A DNA stretch of 62,679 nt, the filler included, from Nemertoderma westbladi (Eukaryota; Animalia; Xenacoelomorpha), in assembly GCA_032718475.1 (NCBI GenBank). It is 3 parts of 3 records of this genome, joined end to end, with 100 filler letters (N's around TTAATTAATTAA, not from the genome) between each part and the next. Parts side by side here need not be neighbours in the genome. Positions count along the whole stretch, not along the records: positions 46,173 to 62,679 come from JAUCBJ010004001.1; 2 more parts are not named here. One strand, 5' to 3'. Position 1 is the first letter of the stretch, and the number at the start of each line of letters is the position of its first letter. Shown here piece by piece: positions 52,840 through 62,679 of the stretch. A program made the translations under genes and the position numbers. The notes under the pieces were generated by a model. It ran no database searches, was not told the DNA's origin, and saw nothing but the letters and a program-made list of their open reading frames with translations.

Positions 52840-55800
52840 ATGTCTGACACAAAGCAAAACCTGTCAGACAGTCTCTTAGATACAACCATCTGTGACCCAG
52901 ATAGGAGTGTGGAACGTTTGAGACCAAAGTTCAACTCCCCTCCTACTGTAAAAAAGGTCATCCCTCCAGTAATAGTATCAGACCCTAGGCTAGTTCAACA
53001 CCATAGGTCTATCGTAGGCACTCGGGCTCAAGTCAAGCGGGATCAAGAAGCAGCTGTCAAACAGCAGTAACACCCGAGCCGAGAACTTATTTCTCAGCGA
53101 CCAGATAGCTCCAGTAGTTCAGATACTGTAGAGCTGACACCCAAGCGCGGAGCAAAGATGGCAAATGCGGTTTATTCGGATCCCCTTCTCATTCTTCCTG
53201 CAGCCATACTCACTAGGGTATTGATTGCGGTGGAGGAACACCAAATTGATTGGGCGAGAAGTAAGCGATCGACCAAGGACAGTTATGCGGGATACACCAA
53301 GGAGGAACTGAAGTCTATTGTCGAGTCGCAATGGAACTTCCCCGGACCCGGACTCCCGTTTGACTTATCGGAAGCTGCCTGGGAGGACATATACAGGATG
53401 GGAGTGACAAAAGACACTAGTGATCCAGCTGTGTGGAAGAGGTCAGCAGCAGGATATGTACAGGGATTCTTCAGCTCTTTGGAGCGATTAGAAGAACAAC
53501 TGTTTCGACAACCCCAAGGACCTCAAGAGCAGGGAGAGCTGCTTTATCAAGTTAGAGAAAGAATTCTAAGAATCAGATTAATCCTATCGGCCTTTGAGGA
53601 GGCTTTGAAAAGAAGACAAGACACATTGTTGCAAGTTGCCGTAAAGACTTGGTTTCAGCGTGTGAGTCTCAAAGTTCAAGGAACAGCCCAGTGGAAATCT
53701 CAGCTGGCTGAGCGCTCAGCCCATGGAGAATCAACAGACGCTACCTTCTCTCAAGTGGAAAGCGAAGCGACAGCAGAGAAACCGCAGACGAGGGATGCTA
53801 TTGACATCTATCTGTCAGACTATCAAAGATTTCTAGGTGATGAAGAGTTGAGGAGACGGCTGGCTGGACTTCGCCCTAATAGTGAAGGAGCCAAGCTTGT
53901 GTTGGATGCAATAGATGCGGAAATGTTAGCTGCGAACCAAGCTAAATTTGATGAAAGCATCCGCATTGCTAGGGTTCAAGAAGAACAAGTAAAGAAAAAA
54001 CGTATAGAAGACAGAAGATAGCAGCAGCGGCAGCAGCAGAGGCAGAAGCAGAAAGAAAAGCTGCATTGGCAGAAGCAGAAAGAAAAGCTGCATTGGCAGA
54101 GGCAGAAAGAAAAGCGGCCATAGCAGAGGCAGAGGCAGAGGCAGAAAGAAAGGCAGCAGCAGCAGAAGCAGAACGAAATGCGTTTGAAGAGACTGCCCAA
54201 CTAGAGTTGGAAAATCTTCAAGAGAAGCAAGATTACATCGATAAACAGAGAACAGCGAGTCAGTGGCAGATGATAAGTAAATCTACTCCCAAAAGACAAG
54301 GATTTACATCATCCGATGAAGGCGACTCCACAGATCCTGAAGGTGGAGGAAATAGATCTCGTACCAATAGGCGTAGAAGAACGCCCCATTGTCAGAAATT
54401 GCCTAATTTGCCCCCCGCCGTGAGAAGGCAACTAGCTAGCACAGACTTAGGTAGTACAGAACCGACAGACCAAATTATTATAGTCGAAAGACTCCCTACT
54501 ATAGTAGATAAGCCTGAAATAATTAGGCCTGTTCTCGAAGCCACCCCTTCGGTGATAGAGACACCTGTACTTCCCAGAACCTACCTCTAAATTCCCTTTG
54601 CACAGTACTAAACTTCCTGTGCCCAGTAGAACAGTCCCTGAGACGATTCAAGGCCTGGACGCCGAGCGAGACATAAAAGATTTGTCCCCGGTCGTACCTC
54701 GTCTACCCGCTACTATGTTGGCGGCTCCTGCTTCGGCGGTTGAGTGGGTGGATGAGGGACGGCAGGGGATGGATCTCCTGCTCGGGCAGATGCAGGAGAC
54801 TGTTCAACAGTTCAAGGGAACAGTAAGGGAAAGTAGGTTAGAGTTGCAAGAAGTGCAGCAGAATATCGCGTTAGAATGCGATAAATTAGTAAATACACAA
54901 AGGGGTATACCACCACCCTCTGTAACAATGTGTCAACCTGTTAGGTCTGAAGTATTTCATGCGCAAGGTGTGGAGCCTACACGCATCTATACTGCTAGTG
55001 AAGTAGAAACTCCTATAGTAAACCCTATTAAAGGTAATTATAAACCTGTTGACAATGATATTCCATACCGACCTGATCACAATCCGAGAAATTTATATAC
55101 CGATAACTCGATATTAAATAACACGATGGCCCAAGAAAGTTTTACGCATCAAATGGCTAGAACAGAAGCCCGTCAAGCGGTAAAGGTGGGAGAGATCGTC
55201 AAGTTCAACGGAGATGAGATGAAATGGTTACCTTTTAATGAATATTATAAAGATAACATACAGAACTCTGTGCTCTCTAACGGAGAGAAACTTAGATTCC
55301 TCATCGAGTGCTTGGAAGGATCTCCCAAGTTAATGGCGTTAAAATTGATTGGACATCCAGATGGATTAAGACAAGTTTGGGATACACTAAACATCAGGTA
55401 TGGTAATAGGAATAACATAGCTAGATATTTGTATGCGAAATTGGTAGCGCCCCGAAAGTTCATTAGCAGCGGGATTATAGAGTTTTCCGATGAGATTCAG
55501 GATATCTGTAGACAATTAGATTGGCTAGGTAAGTCTCATGAATATCAGAGTTCTATGGTTATTGGAGCCGTGGCCTCTACTTTACCAAAGGGTGGAGTAG
55601 GTACACACTGGGACAAAAAAGTGTTATATATGATGGAACAACAACGACGAGACCCTACCATGGCTGATCTCATGTCATTCTTGGATGGAGAGGTAAAATT
55701 ACAGCTCCTAAAGCAGTCCAGAGAGAAGACACCGGAAAATAAGGTAAGTGAGAAACCCGTTTCTAGGAGAAAGGTAACACCAGTGTGTTATACAGACGAC

Positions 55801-58800
55801 GGCGAAAGCCAGGCCTCTCAAGAGGAAGGCAGCGGGAAAGACACTGAAATATCTTACTATGTCAATAAAGCGCCTAAAGACGTAAGTAAATTTAAGTCTC
55901 GAACCAATGACAGGAGAGAACAGGTAACCAAAACTCCTCCTACGTCTCCTAATAGAGTTCACGGAAGAAAGCCCGAGGAAAGAACGAGAGTGCACAACGT
56001 TACGCCAGGAAAGGTGAGTAACATCAAACCAAAATGTGCGCTGTGCGACGGGCCCCAACGTTTAAGTGTGTGTGATAAATTTTTAAAGAAATCCCTGATA
56101 GATAGAGGTGAAGTCATGTGGGATAAGCGGTTGAGTTATAATTGCCTCAGACAAGGATACCAACGGCAAACCTGTTACTCCGATGCAAGGTGTGCAAAGT
56201 GTGGCGCGAAACATCATATCTTGTTGCACGCTGAATTCGAAAGAAATAGCCCGAGTCAGGTAAGTGAGTCCGAACTACATGTCCAATTCAGTGATGTGAA
56301 TGACACTGACCAAAGTTCTGAGATGGAAGGATTCTATACGGACGAATTCTCAGATGAAAACGAATCCTGTTACCTAATAAATACCGCAGTGTATCGAGCA
56401 CTTACGTATGAAAAGGACACCGACAGTGAGTCCCCCCTAACTACTCTTGACTGGCAACCATCTTGGAAAGCACCAACTTCCAACGTAGGAATCCGAGAAT
56501 TTCCCGTAGTGCAGTTGAGAGTCCACGGTCCTGACAAAAGTTATATAGTGAACGCCCTCCTTGACTCCGGCAGCACAGGAACATTCATCGACAAAGAACT
56601 AGCCGAAGACATCTTTGCTGGACAACCCAAGTTCCGAACTAAGTTAAACATGTCAGGAATTATGCAGGTTTGGAAATCTACAATAATTGCAGATTATTAT
56701 GTAGGTGCGTTGTCCACCCCCCAGGATGAACTAGGAGAACACAGTATAAGGTCAGTAAAAATGGTGGCGATAAAGAACTTCGCTACCAGCCAAGTGGAAC
56801 CTTATAACTGGGATGAGGACGAGTTCACCCAGCAGTTTAAGATACCTAGATTCAACACAGACTACCCTGGAGTGCAAATACTCATCGGCCAAAATGCGCA
56901 TGAGGCGCTTGAATATTGGAGAAACGGCCTGCTCAACCGCAACCACTACAAGCCTATGCGGGAAGAACTAGAGTAGGTGGGTACTTTACTGACCCTTCCC
57001 GTAGAACTCTCATGGAAAGGTTACCCAAAGAACGGGTCTACCAAGTAAGTGAATGGGAAGCGGAGAGCAGTGAGGTGGACGACCCAACTGAGGGAACACC
57101 ATACTCCTCAGACAATGACGATATCCACCAACTCTTCGACGAAGAGAATACTATCGACCTCCTTACGGAAAACGAAACTTAGCAAAACCAAGTGAACCTA
57201 TGCCAACTCATTCGTCCATCAGGACAAGTCAACTATAATGACGAACTGAATGACGTGATAGATCGCTACAACGCAAAGACTCGGGATGAACACGCCGTAC
57301 GATTCTTTACTCAAGAGGCTGTAGAGCCCAACTCCTACGATAAGGCCCTATCGGTAGAAGAAGAAAGAGCCAAGCAGATCCAGGAGACAACTACACGTTT
57401 TCTTAAAGATCAAGGTAGATATGAAATCGGTCTACCATTTAGAAAGCGAGAATCTAAATTTATAAACAACCGACCCTTGGCGGAGAAAAGAATTGCGCAA
57501 CTACATCGACGCCTTATGGCAAATGCTTCAGCTAAGGAAATGTATAAGACTCAGTTGAAGAAATTTATTAACAAAGGATATGCGGAGCGAGTACCGGAAG
57601 AAACACCCATAACTGAGAGAACGTACTATCTAACACATCATTACGTTCCCAAACCCGGTAAACCCCATGAAGTCCGTGTAGTATTTGATGGTTCCGCCCT
57701 CTACATGGGCCAATCACTTAATTCCGAGTTGTTACCAGGACCCCACTTACTCCAATCCTTGTTGGGAATACTCTTAAGATTACGACAATATTCAATCGCT
57801 TTCGCCTCAGATATAGAAGGCATTTTCTTATAAGTCAAGGCGCTGGATAGGGATCGAGACAGCCTACGATTTCTGTGGCGGCCTGAAGGAGACCTCAACC
57901 AGAAACCGGTGGAGTACTGGATGACCATCCAGGCTTTTGGGATCATCTCAAGCCCTTCAAACAGCTGCTCAGTGGTGCGAACCACTGCTGACGACAACCG
58001 GGACGCCTTATCTAAAGAGGTGATCGACAACATCAAACGGGATATATACATGGACGACAATTTAAAGTCCCTCCTATCAGTGGAAGAAGCCATTGATGTC
58101 GCCAAGGGAACGGTAGAGTGCTTGAAAAGAGGTGGATTTCGATTGAATAAATTCACCAGCAACTCCCATGAGTTTCTGGAATCGATTCCAGTAGAAGACC
58201 GAGGAGCGAAAGATTTAGACCTAATCAAGGACGATCTTCCAGAAACCAAGACGCTTGGTTTGAAATGGGACACAGAGAGAGATATCCTGTTTTTTTCAGC
58301 TAAAACAGCGAGATAATCCAGTTTGGACTAAACGAATTTGTTTAAGTATCCTGAGCACTTATTTCGATCCATTGGGATTTATTAGCCCAGTTATATTGAT
58401 TGCTCGGAGTTTAGTACAACAAATGTGGCTTGAAAACCACTCATGGGACAATCCACTTAAGGGAGAATTATTAAAGAAGTGGATGAAATGGGAAGATTCT
58501 CTACCAGCCATCGAGAACTTTATAATTTCCCGTAGGATGGAATCAAGGTCGCCTTGGTTACCTCTAAAGCCTTGATTAACAACAAGTTGAAGGTTCCTCG
58601 AGCGGAGTTAAAAGCGGCTCTATACGCTACAGCCATCGGCCAGAATGTAACAGAACAGATCGACTATCCACTGGAGAAAACTGTTTATTGGACCGATGCT
58701 TTACTCGTGTTGGAGTATGTAACCAATGAAGTCTGTCAGTTCAGCGTCTTTGTTACCAACAGAGTAGCCATTATTCTTAGTTGCACGAAGATAGATCAAT

Positions 58801-60845
58801 GGAGACATTGCCCCGGAACGATTAATCCAGCCGACATCGCCTCCAGGGGAGCAACTCCACAGGAACTGATAGATACTCCAGACTGGTTAGGTGGACCCGA
58901 CTTCCTGAGCAAGGAAGAGGATGAATGGCCTCCTCACCTTACTACGGCAGAGATTAGACAGGCCAAGGGAGCGGAGAAAGTCAAACCTAAAACCCAGGCG
59001 AGTAAATCAAAGTTATTTAAACCTATGATAGATCTGTCGGTACTACACACTTCCAGAGACGACGCTTTGGATCCACAATTCCCCGCCACAAATAAGTCTG
59101 TTGTGGAAATCAGAGAGAGAGATTGGAAATCTGGAACGCCAGGCGTCTCGCAAGGACTCTTACCCCTCCTGCAGAGAGCGATACATCACTATAGTTCCTG
59201 GAATCGGCTCTGTAAGGCCGTTACATATTTAAAGCGATGTTTTCATCATCACTACTCCAGTACGAAGACCACTAGTGATACTGCTCCACTGACATCCGCG
59301 CAGGTCCATGTTGTTAAAGATCTTCCCAAATACAAGATATCCGACAGGTTTCTGAAGGAGAAGATCAGTTACCAGGAGCATGAAGAAAGCAATAAGCAGA
59401 TACTGAGACTCCTGCAATGCTATGAGAATCCCGATAAGTATTTTCTGTTGTTGAGAAATCCACAGATGCGTTTAAGGGATCGTTTCTCTAGCACAATGAT
59501 AGATGGGTTAATACGCGTTGGAGGAAGACTAACTAATGCTCCATTATCCTTTGACACTAAGTTTCCCATACTTATTAAAAATCTTGAAATACAAATCAAG
59601 ATGATTGTAGATGTTCACAGTAAACTTTATCATGCTGGTAGAGAACGAGTTCTTAGCGAAATTCGAACTCGCTATTATTTTTATAAACCCCGTAGAGCTC
59701 TGAACCAAGTTCTTAGGAACTGCATACCCTGTAGGAAAGCATTCAGTAGGCCTTTAACACAGCGAGAGGCAGAGTTACCTAGGGAACGAGTAAGCTTCTA
59801 TGAATCACCCTTTACTAATACCGGTGTGGATTTATTTGGCCCTATTGAAGTATATCGTGGTAGGACTATAGTCAAGAGATGGTGTGTCATCTTTGTCTGT
59901 ATGACTTGTAGAGCTATCCATCTCGATATGGTGAACGATTTATCTACCAATAGCTTCATCTTGAGCTTACGCCGACAGATTGCTTGCTTTGGAACTAGTA
60001 ACACGATGAAATCTGATAAGGAAACAAACTTCATTGGTGCCAATAATGAAATCAAGGCTTACGTCAAAGATTGGAACCAAAGACAGGTGGACGATCAGCT
60101 AAGGGTAACAGCATCTAGCTGGACCTTCAACGCCGCCGACGCCCCTTGGTGCGGAGGAAGTTGGGAGAGATTAATCCGGAGCGTGAAGACCGCATTTCAC
60201 TTTATAGTGCCGTGCCGCGCGTATCTCACCGACAAACTTTTGCGGACGTTAATGGAGGAAATCGCCGCCTATCTCAACGAAAGACTGCTTATGCCAGTCT
60301 CATCGAGTCCCGATTCCCTGGAAGCGCTAACAACCGCGCACTTCCTACTGAAAAAACCTGTAGCCATGCTCCCACGATCGGAAATCACAGATGGAGACGA
60401 ATACTGCCGGCAAACTTGGCAACTTATGCAGTTGTTATCCCGTTGTTTCGCTGACCATTTCGAAAAACATTATCTGCCCACGCTACAACTTCGAACTAAG
60501 TGGTTTGCGCAGCAAGAAAACGTCAGCGCTGGAGACATGGTCCTTATTGTGGATTCAGACCTTCCACGTAAGCGGTGGCAGACAGGTCGTATCATCGAGA
60601 CTCATCTCTCGGACGATGGTTTAGTGCGATCGGTAGAACTCGTCGTCATGCGACGTAACTTTAAGAAACCGGGAATTGTTTTCGAGACACAGCAACTCAA
60701 TCGCCCAGTTGGTCGTTTATGTTTACTGGAAAGAGACAGAGAACTCTCCGGAAACTATGGAAAGCAAGATACTCTTCCCACGACCACCTCCCTAATCCAA
60801 CAAACATCTAGGGACTCCCCAACGTAATAGCGTCTGGAGTGGGTG
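52840..60845 (+). mobile_element. BEL/Pao LTR retrotransposon internal region; gag-pol polyprotein broken by about 8 stops/frameshifts and an RNase H deletion
   Basis: Gag core KFNGDEMKWLPF...KLRFLIECLEG, three knuckles, protease ALLDSGSTGTFI, RT YLTHH/RVVFDGS/YMDDNL, VPRAEL and YWTDA, integrase HHCC, GVDLFGP, SDKETNF, GGSWERLI, C-terminal RPVGRLCLLE. PPT-like ggagtgggtg followed by TG at ~60846. Confidence 0.93.
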
Positions 60846-62679
60846 TGTGACTATATTATTTCATATATTTTTATTATTTTATATTATGTATAAAACTAGA
60901 TATCATATATGTTTATTTATATGTTTATTTAGTAAATCCCTATTGAAAAATCAGAGTAGACTAACTAAGCCCATGCCATTTACAGTGTAAATATTTGTTA
61001 AATTTGTTAAGTCCGAAGTACTTTTGTAATCTACAATGTTTTAAAAATCGTGTACTAGATATTCCAAGTACTTATCAGTACTTAACAAATATACAAAAAT
61101 ATTTCCAATCCTTATTATATTTGAAAAAATTTAGCAAATTTGACAAATTTTTAAGTGGAATTAATAACAAATTTGTGAAGTCATTTAATGGAATTACAGA
61201 GGGGGAGAATTTCATACCTACATAATTTCCCGCTTTTTTTTCAATTAAAATTGTCCAATAGAAGTGAAGTATGTTGTAGGCCTACACTGGATAGCAATGT
61301 TTTGGCGGGCATTCCATATCATACTACTGTACTAGGCTTTGAAGATTTGTTGTATTGTACTGGTGGTACCAACTACAGGTTACTTTCTGTCAAGGACTAC
61401 TATAATAAGGACTGCTGGCACATCAGATCTTCAGGTACCGCTAGCAGGGGGCCATTCTGTATGTAATGCTGCAATTACACTGATACATGCAGTATACTGA
61501 ATTACCAATGCAGTCTCTATCGTCTAGCTATGGCGTATGGTACTAATTTTTATAGGCTGAGGCTGCTAATTCTTTGTTTTATCTGTTTATCTGTTTATAG
61601 TCAGATAGTAGTAGTAGGCCTACTGTAGTAATTTAATACAGTAATAATGAATAAGGTGATATTAATTATTGCTGATTATCAGATAGTGATAGGGGCCTAG
61701 TGGATAGCCTAGTCTAGTGATACTTAGAAGTGCTGTGTTGTTTGTTGCACTGGCAACAACTCTGGCATCTGGAAACACAGTGCGGACTGTTAAACCGCCA
61801 CGCCACTTGTCGGGTCGCCCAAACGCGATCCGTGGATTGCTGCTATCGCCCTGTAGGAAGGAGACTGACGGCTCTGCGTATATTTCAGTATCGCACTCTG
61901 TAGGCCTACCGCATATGAAAGTCGCTGGAGGTACTTACGATACGACCATCGGTTCCGCCATTCCACTTCCATGGGGTCCCGACGCCTTGCGTTCCTGCAC
62001 CTCCTTCAGCGTTACGAGTAAGTTGCCGATTCCGATTGAAAACCGGCAAATTTCTTACCTCAATGCAGCAATGAGAAGGACCGTATCGGTTAGTTATGGT
62101 AAACTCGTTGCCTGGTATCGATTTGTGGGTGGCTGATATTCCCGGAGTTGGTAAAAATGGATTCATGGACGTTTTTATAAAGCGGAAAAACCACTGAATG
62201 CTGGAATGCGGTTCTTTTTATATTTGAAAACGAGAGATATTTTGGACGGATTGATCTAAGTCAGAGAGAACCTGAGAACTCTTGTGCACTGATATCTACA
62301 GATCTACGTTTCAGCACAGAGTTCTACCGACGAGAAACTCTCTCTGTATTACTGTCTCGGTTGTTATAACCAACTTTTCCGATGGCCACGACTGACAGAA
62401 GTCGTTGCTGCGTTTCGCCGTTCTCCGGATTCAACCACTAAATAATGGTAATTTAAAGAAGGCCCACCTCACCAACTCGTTCGGAGTGTGGTTGAATCCG
62501 GTTTCTGAAAATATGAGAGCCAGTTGGAGTTCTTGTCCCGTCATCTGGAACTTCATTGAGGCTCTAAAACGTACTCCAAGTCTGACTACCTGGTGGCGAT
62601 ACAGGGATTCCCGAAGATGCCGTATACGATCTTGAGTCTGACTACCAACTGTACAGCAATTTTATTATACGCCATTCTG
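60846..62679 (+). repeat. Probable 3' LTR region of the BEL element (right end not defined)
   Basis: Begins TGTGAC directly after the PPT-like tract. No matching 5' LTR copy or PBS could be identified in the window. Confidence 0.4.

Noticed and set aside
61717-62136. 139-aa ORF with a hydrophobic N-terminus, candidate env of the BEL element
   Set aside because: It has a GTG start, lies downstream of the PPT-like tract, is short, and has no TM anchor or recognisable fusion-protein motif.

Overview
AT-rich, repeat-dominated animal (bilaterian invertebrate) genomic DNA, not prokaryotic. It consists of three contigs joined by two artificial 100-nt linkers (N44-TTAATTAATTAA-N44). Contig 1 (1-16846) holds three spliced exons of a class B GPCR most like the pigment-dispersing-factor receptor (TM2-TM5, cut by the gap). 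Its introns and flanks contain decayed LINEs (CR1/L2-group, RTE), MITEs and a non-autonomous Helitron. Contig 2 (16947-46072) holds an 8.6-kb 27/28-bp satellite, an intact single-exon hydroxylysine-kinase-like gene, a TTAA-flanked MITE, a 16-copy array of a 54-bp tRNA-like hairpin and a 15-bp satellite. Two Sola-type DNA transposons sit 54 bp apart in the 15-bp satellite, and one of them carries a nested CACTA/EnSpm element. Contig 3 (46173-62679) holds an RTE fragment and two related BEL/Pao retroelements, one internally deleted and one near full-length but decayed. The most notable observation is that two unrelated transposons in the satellite nest each carry a Royal-family histone-reader-like domain: a Tudor/Agenet-like domain fused to the Sola1 transposase, and a frameshifted PWWP domain that the ORF track misses inside the CACTA element. 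All family assignments come from motif recognition by eye; no searches were run.
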